A DNA stretch of 64,000 bases from Camelus dromedarius (Eukaryota): the NCBI RefSeq assembly GCF_036321535.1, contig NC_087447.1, forward strand, positions 43,154,001-43,218,000. Direction: 5' to 3'. Positions 1-11,795 of this stretch are shown piece after piece. Position numbers and translations under genes: made by a program. Below the pieces are notes generated by a model. The model made no database searches. It saw nothing but the letters and a program-made list of their open reading frames with translations, and was not told the origin of the DNA. Position 1 is the first letter of the stretch. Each line of letters begins with the position of its first letter.

Positions 1-2330
1 TATTTAGCCACCTTCCCAATTATCTAATTCCAGTAGCTTTTAAGCTAAATTTCATTGGATTTTCTTGATATATAATTACATCCTTTGTAAACAAACATGT
101 TTTTGTCCTTTAAAAAAATAACTGTTTATTCTGATTAGTTCATTTTCTTGTCTTATTGAATTAGTTAAAATCTCCATAAAATATTGAATAATAGTGATGA
201 TAATGAGCATCTTGTTCTGTTCCCAATTTCTGGAAATAGCTTCTAAATGTCAGATATTTGCTATTGGGTTTTGGTAAATAGCCTTTATCAAATTAGTTTT
301 CTTCTATTTCTGTTTTGTTTTATATTTTATTAGCAACATTTCCTGAATTTTATCAAGTGACTTTTGGCATCTATTACTATAATGATATTTTTCCCTTCAT
401 ATGTTGATGTACTGGCCTATATTGATAGATTACCTGATGCCAAATCATGTTTTTGGTGTTAAAATAAACCCTCCTTCATATTTCTGATGCTTTCTCCACA
501 TCTAGTTAACTAGTATGTTATTTCAGATTTTGCACTCATTCAAACTGATCCATGATTTTTTTCCTTTCTTTTTTAATTCAGTCTTTACAAGGCTTGGGAA
601 TTGAGAGTATGCTAGCTCATAAAACAAACCAGGAAACTTTCCAACTTTTTCTCTTGTCTGGAATAGTTTAGGTAACATTAAAAATCATCTGTTTTTAAAG
701 GTTATATAAAACTCATGTTTAATATAATCTGTGGCTTGTGGTTTTTTATTTCATGCTTCATTATGGTAAAATACACATAACATAAAATTCACCACCTCTA
801 CTATTTTTAATTGTACAGGTCAGTAGTGTTAAGTACATTCACACTGTTGTGTAACCAATCTCCAGAATTATCTTGCAAAATTGAAATTCTATACCCATTA
901 AACAAAAGTTCCCCATTTCTCCCTTCCTTCAGCCTCTGGAAACCACAATTCTATTTTCTGCCTCTATGAATTTGAAGATTCTAGGTACCTCACATAAGTG
1001 ACATCATACGGTATTTGTTCTCCTGTGATGTTCTTAGTTTATTTAGGGCAATATCTTCAAGGTTCATCCATGTTGTAGCATGTGTCAGAATTTCCTTCCT
1101 TTTTAAGGCTGAATAATATTCCATTGTGTGTATAGACCACATTTTGTTTACCTATTTGTCCATTGATGAACACTTGAGTTGCTTCTACATTTTGGCTGTC
1201 GTGAATAATGCTTTTATGAACAGAGATGTACAAGTATCTCTTCCAGACCTTACTTTCAATTTTGGTGGGTATCTGCCCAGAAGTGGAATTACTGGATAAT
1301 ATGGTATCTTGTAATGTTTTAATAGCAGAGTTTTCATTTTTAAAAAATATTTTCTGTTTGTTGGCCTATTTGAGATTTCAACTTCTGTGCTCAATTTTGA
1401 TAATTTTTTCCTTGCTTGGAAATCATCTATTTCCTCTAGTCTTTCACATTTATTTTCCTAGGCTTACACACATTATTGTTATAATTCTTTAACCTTTTTG
1501 GTACCTGGATATACCTCTTTTCTTATACTTAATATTGTATGTTTTTGCCTTTTTTTTTTTAACCAGGTTTGCCTGGAAGGGTTTATCTATTTTGTTGGTC
1601 TTTTCAAAGAAGCAGGTTTGGGTTTTCATTTTTTTCTTTTGTTTTTCTATTATTTGGTTATTTTCTATTGAATTAATTTCTGATTTTTAACTTTGTTAAT
1701 TTCATCTATTTTCTTTTAGCTTAGTTTGTTCTCTTTCTAATTTCTTAGATTAAATACGTCGTTAGATTTGCTTTCAGTTTTTTTTTAAATATTAAAAGCA
1801 TTTAAGATGCAACTATTTGTGAAAACCTCTGTTATACTTGTAATAAATATGTAGAAACAGCACAAAAAAGCATTTGAGGCTATATTTTTTCCTCTGAGTA
1901 CAGCTGTGTCTCATAAGTTCTGTACAGTATGCTGTTCTCTTTTTCATTACCAGATGATTTAGAATTTCAGTTTTGATCTTGTTTTTGATCTAGTAGTAAC
2001 TTGAGAGTGTTTCTTAATTGTCAGCAGTATATACTTTTGGTCTTCAAGTCAGTCTTGTTTGACATTAATATTGCTGTTCCTACTGCCTCCCTGTTTGCAT
2101 TTACTTGGTATGTCTTTGCCCATTGCTTTATTTTCAGTCTTCTTTGTCACCTTGTTTTGAGCATATTTCTTGTAAACAGCATTTGGCTGTATTTTATTTT
2201 TTAACTTACTCAGACAATCTGTCTTTTTGATAGGGAAATTCAGTCTCTTCACATTTAGTGTAATATACTGATATACTTAGCTTTACTTATTCCATCTTAT
2301 TTTATACATTTGCTGTTTCTTCCTCCCCAC
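1..2330 (-). mobile_element. Degraded ancient LINE-1 (L1M-type) sequence, antisense, with a nested L1MB-like 3' end at ~760-1310
   Basis: Very T-rich. Contains typical antisense L1 3'-end phrases (cataaaattcacc...gtacattcacactgttgtg...ttcatccatgttgtagcatgtgtcagaatttccttcc...ggctgaataatattccattgtgtg). The minus-strand ORF 1185-1394 resembles an L1 ORF2 C-terminal remnant. Boundaries approximate. Confidence 0.8.
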
Positions 2331-2542
2331 CACCCCACTTCTTTTTGGTTACTTTTGCTGGCTTGGTTGAAATTCTGCTTCACTTCCAGATTTCTGGTGT
2401 TAAGAACAGAGTGGCTGGTTTCCTGAAACAAGATGAAGAAAGATTTGGGAAGAAAATCATGAGTTCCATTTGGATTTAAATTTTTAAGATACCTTTCAAA
2501 CATCCAAGCAGAGATGTCAAGGGGGCATTTGGAAATACTGGA

Positions 2543-2614
2543 GTAGCATGTGATTAGCAAGCATGAGGTCCTAGGTTCAATTCCTAGTACCTCCATTAAA
2601 CAAACAAAAAAAAG
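2543..2614 (+). mobile_element. 5'-truncated tRNA-derived SINE (camelid Vic-1-like)
   Basis: gcatgaggtcctaggttcaattcctagtacctccattaaacaaacaaaaaaa is highly similar to the full-length SINE at 37030. It has a B-box-like GGTTCAA and an A-rich tail. Confidence 0.75.
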
Positions 2615-2619
2615 TCACT

Positions 2620-3290
2620 TGTGGCCTTGGCAAGCCTTGTGGAGGCTAAAGCCAGATAGGAGTCGAGGAGGAGAGTGGGAGGCAGGGAAATACGACAGCA
2701 AGGGAAATAGAGGGCCAAGTAGCTCAAGGCAGGTGTGCAGCCCAAGCAGCTCCTTTGTTTGCTGGTTTTGGGTGAGACCTTGAGTTTGCCTGCCTGCTGT
2801 GGGGGAAGGTCCAGCAGAATGGGGCGATCAGAGAGGAAGGGAATAGCCAATGGAACACCTTGACAGGTGGTAGCAGGTGTGCCAGAGCACACTCTGAGGG
2901 CCAGGGCCCAGCAGGACGGGGGCCACGTTCTCCGCTACTTCAGGAGGGAAGGTGTGTGTGACCAGTGCCTGCTGCAGATGCTGAGGACGAAGGGAGGAGC
3001 ACAGACGTGGAGGCAGGAGGAGGTGGGCCTTTCTGTCTGATGCCGTCTCTCATCTCATTTGGGTGGGAGGTGACTTCATCTGCTGAGATTGCAGTGGAAC
3101 AAGGGGATCAGATGGTTGGGGAGAAGAGAAGAGAAATGAGGCAGAAGTTCAGGAGCATACGAGGGCATGTGTGGCTGCAAGAGGCCTTCCAGGAGGGGAG
3201 GGCAGGTCGGAGCAGAGCCTTTGGCTGGCCTGACGTTGGTGACATTGATGACATTGACAACTCCCTCTGCATCTCCTGCAGAGCTCCGCT
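2620..3290 (+). mobile_element. Probable LINE-2 remnant(s)
   Basis: GA-rich L2-like phrases (e.g. gttggtgacattga, ccagataggagt...gagtgggagg); heavily degraded. Confidence 0.4.
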
Positions 3291-6200
3291 GCTCCAGTCA
3301 AAGCCAGCAGTGGGGCTGTTCCAGCCCCTTCCTTCTCACACAACTTCTCCTTTCACCCTGGTTATGTAGCTAAGACAGGTCAGAACATTGGAGCCATATA
3401 CATGCTGTGTCCCAGATCTCACACACTTACAACGATTAGCCCCAAATTCTCAAGATCTTCAAGATCTTCTTCTCCAGAAAGGTGTAAGACCTTCTAGGAA
3501 TGCTAACGCATGCAACCCAAGGACCCTCTAGACACCACCAGATTCTGAGTTCTGGATAAAGCCATTTTCTCTCTAGCAGTCCCAGGGTTGAGAGGTGAGA
3601 TTGATGGGCTAGGGTTTCCAGATGCCTCCCATATAATTAGAGCTGCTCCCCGATCCTCTTGCCCTTTTGTCATCCAGTGCACGCATGTACTGCCACCAAT
3701 GCCGCCGAGCTGCTGACCCAGCTGCTCTTGTCCCCCTCTCCAGATACCTTTCATCTCTAGTGACCAGCTCTTCCAGAGGGGGCTCCTCTGGTGAAGCTAT
3801 AGGACCCTTTGTGACCCACTCCCTCATTGGCATCACTGCCCTCTTTTTATCAGAGTGCCAGTCTGAACTAAGTCAGGCCTACCTTTGCACCATACCTGGA
3901 ACTGTTACCCGTCCAAACTCCAGGCCTTGCTGCTCAGTCTAGACCCCCATGAGGACCTCCTCTCAGGAACCTCACTATCTCTCCTCCAGCATGGTCTCTA
4001 CTGGGGACCTTGATCATTATATTAGTTCTGTCCACGTCTGAATCTCAGCTGTGGACTGAGTTCAGGGTCTTTCACCAGAGCTTGGAGCCCATATAAATTC
4101 AGAGGTGGGGCTGGGCATCTGTTTCAGTATCCCTGACCACACACACCATTATCCTTAAGCTCTCTGAATTTTTTCTTTCTCTATGAAAACCAGGAGTCTG
4201 GTTTTCTAAGAACTCATGCAGGCTGTTGGTGCAAGTGAGGGTGGGGACAGAGGAGGCTGGGAGCTCAGCCCATCAGGCTGGCCTCTTTGAGTGTCACCTC
4301 TGGCCAAGCAGATATACCCAACTGCAAGGCCATGCTAGTCCACATGGTGCTTTTGTGCAGATCAGCAAAAAGTGCCATCTTTTGGTGGGTGCAGCCATGC
4401 CAGGCACATGGCTGGGAGAGCAGAGCGAGGGCAGAATTTCAGCCGTGTCTTGTCCTTTTGGCCAGATGCCCTAGTGCAGGGAACAGTAGCACCAATTTAG
4501 GCTGTGGCCATGCCTAGCAATACAGAGAACTAAACAACACGGAGATCCAAATATTGGATCTGGAGGAAGCATGTACCTGGGTTCTGATCCCATGCCATCT
4601 GAAATCCTGTGGGGAAAAGAAGATGGTCCTCAAGGGTCTCCTTCTGAGGCTCCATTCTTATATCTGGATCTCTCCCAGGCTCTGCAGCTCCCATTGTCTC
4701 CAATGACCCAGGGTAGACTCTTGATGCTTTATCTGTTCTCCCACTCCAGGGGAGTGCTGAAACCATGCCTGCAGGGGCTGACCTTATTCCCCAGGCTTCT
4801 GTGGAATAATCCAGACTTCACACAGAGACACTCAGAGGAACGTAGGGGAGCTGTTTCCACCAAGGACTCTGAGAGGTGGTCAAGGGCTTCCTAAGCAGAG
4901 GGATGCCACAAGAAGAATCATTGGAGCAGGAACTTGCAGGTTATGTTCAATTATGTTAAAGCAGTCCAGAGGGGGCAGGCATGTAAGATTGTTGTTGGAG
5001 ATCAATAGATATCAATTGAATTGGAGTGAAGGGCAGTGGTGGTCACAAAGGCTTCCCCAGATCCCCTGAAGTACCTGAAATGATAGGAGAAGTTAGCGCT
5101 TTGTTTTGTGGACAAAGGGGCACCATGGAACGTTTTTGAACAGGAGAGTAGCTGGGTCAGATCCTGGCACCAGGAAGATGACTCTAGCAGCTTATGCTGG
5201 ATGGTGAGAAGGAATTTTGGCCAAATTTGGTCATGGCATAGCTTTGTTCAGTGCTAGAGGGAAACTGAGAGCAGCAGATTTAGGAGATCATTCTGAAGAG
5301 CATCTCTGAACAGCCCTCTTTTCTTCCCTGAATTGAATATAATTAATTCAGTCATTTCACCAACTTTTCCAGATACTGTGTGGGTCCATGTGCAAGGATG
5401 GAGGAGGGCAGGAGGAATCAGGACGAGCCCTCCCCTCCCCCTAGCCCTCTCTCCACCCCTCAATCAGAATGTGTTTTGATAAGTGGGGGCTTGGGGACAG
5501 CATAAGGGTGACAAACAGTGCCTGTCCCACCAATTAAATTTTTTAAAAAGCTGCTATGGAAGGAGCGAATATTAGTTTCCTGATTTATAAAGCCAAATGG
5601 ATTAAGCTCATTCATTGCCTGAGGAAACAAAAAGGAAATCTTCAATACCTCTGTGCACATTGAGAACAGGAACAATACCGGTCTTTAGAAAGCAGAAACC
5701 TAATTTGGGGGAATCAATTACCCTCTGTGTCCCTGCCTCTGTGGGCTCTCTCACTGGCTCTCTCTCAATAGAGATTTCCTGGGAGGTAAAATGTGGAGAA
5801 GTTGGTCAACCATAGGCACACCCTCCGTTCAGCCTTACAGACAGAAGGCGAAGAACTAGTGTGTGTGGAGTTGGGCGGGGGTGTGCCTGGATATCAGGCA
5901 CTTGTGGAAATCGTGTGTGGGGAGATGCAGGATCAGCTGGGACTTGGGAGGGCTCTGGAATAAAAGCTGGAGGTTGGGGGAGGTATTGGGATGTGCAGTG
6001 AGAGGGCAAGGGAAAGGGACGGTGGGAACTTGGGGTTTATAACTAGGGGGAGGGCGAGCATAGTCCAGTTGGTGCACAAACTGGTGATGGGGGTAGAGGT
6101 ACTGCCCCAGCCTGGCTCCAGAGACCCCCACAGCCTCCTGATCCTTCCGGTTTCTTTTCTGTGGTCTGCACTTGCCCTTGCGGGTTTGAGCGTGCAGTGG

Positions 6201-6535
6201 TCAATGGCGGGGCAATTAGGGGGAAAAAAAGAAAGAGTTGGGGGTGTCTACCACTGTTACCACGGATTCACATTCACAGCCACACACAGAAGCACTCACG
6301 CAGTCTCATACATTCCTGTGCTGCATCTGAAACCCTAGCCCACAGTCCCCAGACTCAGAGCCACACCCAGCCCCATGCACTCCCAAAGCCCCACACTCAT
6401 AAGGGCAGGACTCAAAACTGCACCCTACAGATTCCCACTCTCAATCGCACACATTCTACTCTAAGTCTCATCTGAAGCTCACACAGTGGCTCACCACCCC
6501 ACACAGCCCTCACTCTGGCATGTGGACGGACGGGG

Positions 6536-6560
6536 ACACACACACACACACACACACACA
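6536..6560. repeat. (CA)n microsatellite within a CA-rich low-complexity stretch (~6270-6580)
   Basis: Direct read: gacacacacacacacacacacacacacg. Confidence 0.95.
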
Positions 6561-6799
6561 CGTCCCTCACACGCACACACTGGCTGTGCTTTTGTGTTTT
6601 GTCAGAATTAATGAGAAAAGTTCCCGTGCCCTGCGGGTAATTAGTGTCCTTGGAGTTAAATAAGCTAATGGCGGGCACCTCTGGCCCAAGCAATTATGTT
6701 TGTGTATTGAATAATTGATTCAAAGGGGGGAAGGGCCGCTAATCAGATCTGAGCATAATGAATTGATTCAATTAACAGGGGAATCTGAGGGGCCCTGGG

Positions 6800-7620
6800 A
6801 ACCGCAGGCTTCACTCGGCTGAGCGAGCGCGGCCGGCGCGGAGAGAAGGGCGCGCGGCTGAGGTGTCTCCGGCCCGGCCCGGGCAGCAGCTGCCGGCTCG
6901 GCTGGGCGATCCCGGCCCGGCGGACGCGCGTCAGCCCCGCCCCGCCCCGCCCCGCCCCCGGGTCGCGCCCGCCCGCGGGGCTGAGCTCCAGGCGCCCAGC
7001 CGTCCGCCCCCGTCCGCAGCCGCCGCACGCGGGGCGCGGATCCCGCGCGGGGCCCGCGGGAGCAGCTCAGGCGGGCGGCGGCAGAGTCCGAGCCGCCCGC
7101 CCTTTCGCGTCGTCGGCCCGGGCCGGGCTGGAGCCCGGGGGACCATGGTGTTGGACCAGGAGGACGGTAGGTACCCGGAGACGCGCGGGGTGCAGGGCCG
7201 GGGCGGCGGCGCGGGCCCGGCCAAGGCCACTCCGCTTGCGGCCGCAGTCTCCCCCCAACCCCGCGCCCGGCCCCGGCCGCCTCGGGCCGCGGGGCGGTTT
7301 TTGGAAGCGCTGCGGTGGAGGTGCGCCCTAGTGTGTGCGTGTCGGGGTGCGGGGCTCAGCCCCGAGGCTCCTTGGCTGGATGAGGAAGTCATACGGGCCA
7401 CCCGGAGCCCTCCAGCCCCGCACGCTCCGGCCGGGAACTTTCTCACCGGCACTTGCCGCCTCGCAGGCGCAAGAGCTCCACTCCGACCCGCGCCGCGACT
7501 GGCCCCCGCAGAGCCGGCAGCTCCCCAGTCTCCCGGCTCCTGGCAGGTCTGGGGAGGACGCTCGCTATCAGTTCCCCCAGCCCAGCGTGTTGGGAGGTTC
7601 TCCGCTGGCTAGAGTAGGTG
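6800..7620 (+). promoter_or_regulatory. LMO1: CpG island / distal promoter (P1) and first exon 1a of LMO1
   Basis: Very high GC and CpG density. Tandem GC boxes (ccccgccccgccccgccccgcc, ~6935-6958). Contains the exon 1a ATG and splice donor. Confidence 0.9.
7145..7166 (+). CDS. LMO1: LMO1 alternative first coding exon 1a (MVLDQED-G), giving a 155-aa isoform
   Basis: Strong Kozak context gaccATGG. Reads ATG GTG TTG GAC CAG GAG GAC G|gtaggt, a phase-1 donor compatible with exon 2. Matches the known LMO1 isoform N-terminus MVLDQEDGVPM. CDS total 22+214+126+106 = 468 nt. Confidence 0.93.
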
Positions 7621-8050
7621 GATGGGCCGTATATCCAAGGTATCTGGTGCGGATTCACCCTGAAGCTAAGGAATTTTAAACTTCAAAGTCCTTCAGTTGT
7701 AATTTTGTATTAGTACTCTCTAATTCCTTTTCCTTTTAAAGACCACCCTCACCCCACACCCGATTGCATAGGAAGCGTGGCTCTTACAAAATCTGGACCA
7801 CCCTCTGGGTCCAACTGACAACCTTCCCATTCTAACTGCCAGTCTCTCAGGAGAACTCTCAGCCCTGCTGGGCCATGGACCATCGCCAGTTGCTAGGGCA
7901 GTTCCTTGGCGCCTGAGAGATGTAGCCCTGAGGCAGAAGGCTGCGAAATTTGGGGTTGGGAGGCAGCTGCTGGCCTGCAGGGCAGGGTCTGACTAGCTGG
8001 CCTTTCTCTCTGGCCCCACTAGTCCCTTTCCCCATCCTTCCACCTCCCAC

Positions 8051-8163
8051 TAGGGTGATCACCTGTCTTGGTTTGCCCAGGACCATTTCTGTTTTATCAT
8101 GGAAAGTCCTGGATCCTGGAAATCCTTCAGTCCTGGGGAAACCAGGACAGTTGGTCATCAGCC
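8051..8163. mobile_element. hAT-Blackjack MITE (MER81-like)
   Basis: Imperfect terminal inverted repeats TAGGGTGATCACCTGTCTTGGTTTGCCCAGGAC ... GTCCTGGGGAAACCAGGACAGTTGGTCATC; ~113 bp long. Confidence 0.75.
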
Positions 8164-10159
8164 TGCATCCACAGCCTTCTCCGGGCTGTTGTGCAGGGGT
8201 GGGTTGGCCTTTCATCAAGGGGGTAGGGGAGACTTGTCTTCTGGAATGCAGATTCTGCCTAGGCCCCTGAAAAGCCTAACAAGTTATAACTGCAGCTTCC
8301 TAGAGGGCCTGTCCAGGGCTTCCAGAAACCAAAGGAGGAAGAGTTTGCCGACTATGTACTTCTCCACTCTGGCTGGTTGCAAATCTGTTTGCTTTTGTGT
8401 GAGCAGGGGGCAGGGCAGGGAGGGCATCTGAACTTGGCCAGCAGGCATCCTGATTGTACTGCAAAGTCTGTAGTTTCACTCTGTCCCATCGACTGTGGCA
8501 GCCACAGGGAAAGGGCCCTTGGCACTCCAAACACCCCTTTGAGAGTCACCTGTGAGACCAACTTGTAACCCTGTCTTGGAGACAGCTGTACTGTGTTGGG
8601 AGCAGGACCCTCAGGCTGAGGCACATCTGACAGGCTCCACTGAAGAGTTCTGGAATATCTGGTCTGCCTGGGCCCTCCGGCACTGCACGGAGTCTTCCCT
8701 TCTCCCCACCCTCCCCCCACCTCCACCCCATTGCAGGAATCCTTCCTCAGGACTTCACTGCCAGGTGCAATGACAAACAGCTAGGACCTGCCCAAAACTT
8801 TGTAAAGCAGCCAGAAACACCCCCCTTTCTCCTCACCATAACCTAGGGGGCTGATCCATCTTCCTCCCTCTGCTGTCCCCAGAGATCTCTCAAGGGCATT
8901 TTGGAGCACTCTTGGCAGTGAGAGTACATGTTCATCACCTGTGGAATGTGTCTGGTGCAGGCGTCCTCCCACAGCCCCAGGGGATTGGAGGATTCCACCC
9001 TGGTGTTGTGGGTATGCTCCTGAACCTGGAGGCAGCTTGGGTGGGAGTGAGCACGGCACGGAGTTACCTGCCTGCCCAGCAATTCCCCATGAGCTGAGAG
9101 AAAGGCCGCCTAATGAGCCAGGCTCATGCCTGGGTTTGTCAGCCCAGCAGGCTCCTTCCTGGGCTGGGAGCTCAAGTCATCCAAACTGTCCAGGGCTCGC
9201 CGGGCAGCTCTGTGAACCCGAAGGCCTCTGTGGAGGTCCTTCTCCCAGTGAGTGCAGGAGCTCGATGCTCACACCTAGGGATGCAGAGAGAGCCACCTGT
9301 GGGCACTAGCTGCCAGCCCTCCGCACACAGCACCAACCTCCTGTGGCCGCCCTGCTTCCGCAGTTCATTGCTCAGTACCTCAGACTTGCTCCAGTCTCTG
9401 GCTTCGGACACAAGGCCCTGACTCCCTGGAGGGATGCTGGCTGTGTGGCTGCTAGTTAGGTACCTTGGAGGCTGGGGGAGCTGGTGTTGGTCCAGAGACG
9501 CAAGCACGACACATGGATGAGACAGCGGGAAAGTGGCTTCAGCTAGTCGAGTCCTGGTTTGTGAGTCAGGGCCAGACCCCGAAAGTGAGGAGAAGCAGCC
9601 CTGGAGATCTGGGGTGAGGCTGCAGCCTCTGTGGAGTGAATGCCTGCAAGTAGCACAGAGGCTTCTACAGCGAGAAGCTACCCCCTGCCAGCCTGTCAAG
9701 CCCATTGGTTGCTCCACTGTCCGGCCTCCAGCTCCGGCTGGGGTGAGGGGCTGGCACTCAATGTGCCTGCGGCAGCTGTGCCAAAGCCTCCCTCAGACCT
9801 GAGGGTACAGTTCGGCTACAGTGGCAAGGGAGAGATCAAGCTCGCAGTCCTGAGGGATTGTGAGTCTGTGCAAAATGATATATTTAACATCAAATATACT
9901 CAAGGACTATTAGGATTAAGTATTCAAGATGAAGGGGAAAGCGAACCCCTCTGAGCTGCGAATGAGGTATATCATTAGAAGCAGCCTCTCCTGTTTTCTC
10001 AAAGCCTGACTTTGCTGCCTAGGATAGAGGAAGGTGGACTGCAGCACCACTCCCCCACCCCCTACCCTTGTCAAGAACCCTGCCTTGGGGCCTCGCACAG
10101 CTCAAGGGCACAGCCTGACCTCCAGATCTCCTTTGTACCCAATACCAGCCCCCCACCAT

Positions 10160-10330
10160 TGTATGGGGTGCCACAGTTTACAAAGTACATTCACATGCAT
10201 TAACTCATCTGATCCCCACAGTGACCTTGGAGATAGCAAAGCAGCTCTCCCACTTCACCAACAGGGAAACTGAGGTCCCGGGAGAGAAAATGATTTGCTA
10301 AGGGCCACTGTTGGTGATAGGCAGAGGTGG
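10160..10330 (-). mobile_element. MIR SINE
   Basis: MIR core motif: acagtttacaaagtacattcacatgcattaactcatctgatccccaca...acagggaaactgaggtcc. Confidence 0.75.
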
Positions 10331-11138
10331 GATGAAGTCTCAACTGCTTGCCCTTTGCCCCTCCTTGGTACTCCAGCTTCCTTCTCCTTGCCTGGGTCTA
10401 GTCCTCAGAAGTGACTGCGGGGGATGAGCCTCTGACACTTCTATCTGGAGCTTTTTTTTTTGGTCTAGAGAAAAGCCATTAAGATTTCCATCCCATCCTG
10501 GAACTCTGTACTGTCAAGAAAAAAAAAAGGTTCATAATATTGACTCCTATTCCTGGAGTAGGCAGCCTGGGCACCAGCTCCTGGGCTCTGGGGAAGAAGC
10601 AGGGTCGAGGAGAAGAGGAGATGAACACTGTCTCCCTTCCTGCCTCCTGAGTTGCAGAGCAAGAATTGTCTCTGATTCTGTAGTAGCAGGAATCTTTGTT
10701 TTCACTGCTGTATCCCCAGTGCCTTAGAATAGTGCTTGGTACATAATACATGCTCAATAAACAGTTCTGGAATGAAAAAGCCTTCAAGGCCATACTATGC
10801 TTGCTCAGAAAGAAGTTGAGATAGGATCCCACTCTCTATGGAACTAGGATGTTCTCAGGAAGGGCTGCTGGGCTAAGAAGTGTGGTTCTGTAAGACAGTG
10901 GGAGAATTTGTGCCCTGCGGAGGGTTAACTTTGCCAAACCCAGGAAGCAACCAGAAACCGCTGGCAAGGAGATAGGAAGGGAGAACACGAGGTCAGAGAA
11001 AGATCACCCGGTGGGAGTGGAGTGGCAGAAATCAAGGCTGAGGGTCTGGGAGTAACAGATGGGGATGGTCCACCAGACGGTTATTGGGGATGAGGACCCT
11101 GGGTCCTGAGCCGAGCCACGAGCCGTGTTGGGGCCGAG

Positions 11139-11157
11139 AGGCCTCCAGGTGGCGCTG
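11139..11157 (+). promoter_or_regulatory. Candidate CTCF site (forward)
   Basis: AGGCCTCCAGGTGGCGCTG closely matches the CTCF core consensus TGGCCACCAGGGGGCGCTA. Confidence 0.55.
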
Positions 11158-11770
11158 CGGAGCCGGGCAGCCGCGCGTCTCCAGTCCCCATTAACCCGGG
11201 AGGGAGGGGGTCCTCGGGAAATGTGTGCATTTATTCAGTAGCAGGAGTGCAAACCTCATACATTGAGGGAGAAAGGCAGCGGGAGACGGCCGCCGAGATT
11301 CCTCCATCTCTTTGAATATAATTTTAGATTGAGATTCAGATTAAATCCGAGGGGAAAACACTTTATGAGGCTGAAAGCTGTGTCGTTGCCAGAGCCAGGG
11401 TTATGAGCTATCAAATGCAATTACATTAAGACAGATTATACTGGGCAAATTGAGCCATTTAGAAGGTGAAAATCAAAGAAACGGCTCTGATCCTCTGTTC
11501 CCCCTTCTCTCTCCCTCTCCCTCTCTAAATTGCAGTTCGTAGTTCCTTGCAATTCTGAGGCACAAAAGTAGGTGAGACTGCTTTTGTATCTGCGAAGTGC
11601 TTCACTCCTGAATGTAATTCTAGCTGAGTGCAATCTAGGTTAAGAGCCGGACAAGCGGGTAATTAGAGCCCGCTCGCTGCCCGAGGACCGGCCGCCCCGC
11701 CGAAGCGCGCCCGGAGTCGGCGCCCTTCTCCCGGCCGAGCCGAGCTGCGGCTGGACACGGAGCGCCCGAG

Positions 11771-11795
11771 ATGATGGTGCTGGACAAGGAGGACG
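11771..11795 (+). CDS. LMO1: LMO1 first coding exon 1b (MMVLDKED-G), giving the canonical 156-aa isoform
   Basis: Reads ATG ATG GTG CTG GAC AAG GAG GAC G|gtaggt, matching the LMO1 N-terminus MMVLDKEDGVPM. CDS total 25+214+126+106 = 471 nt (156 aa + stop). Confidence 0.96.

Noticed and set aside
6482..6509. Cryptic 12-RSS-like sequence (CACAGTG + 12 nt + ACACAGCCC) near P1, of interest given TCR-LMO1 translocations
   Set aside because: The nonamer matches only 6/9 and lacks the A-tract, and CAC motifs are abundant in this CA-rich stretch.
6768..7679. Long ORFs on both strands over the first CpG island (up to 249 aa)
   Set aside because: They arise from stop-codon scarcity in GC-rich DNA and are Arg/Pro/Gly/Ala low-complexity. 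Only 7145-7166 is supported as coding.
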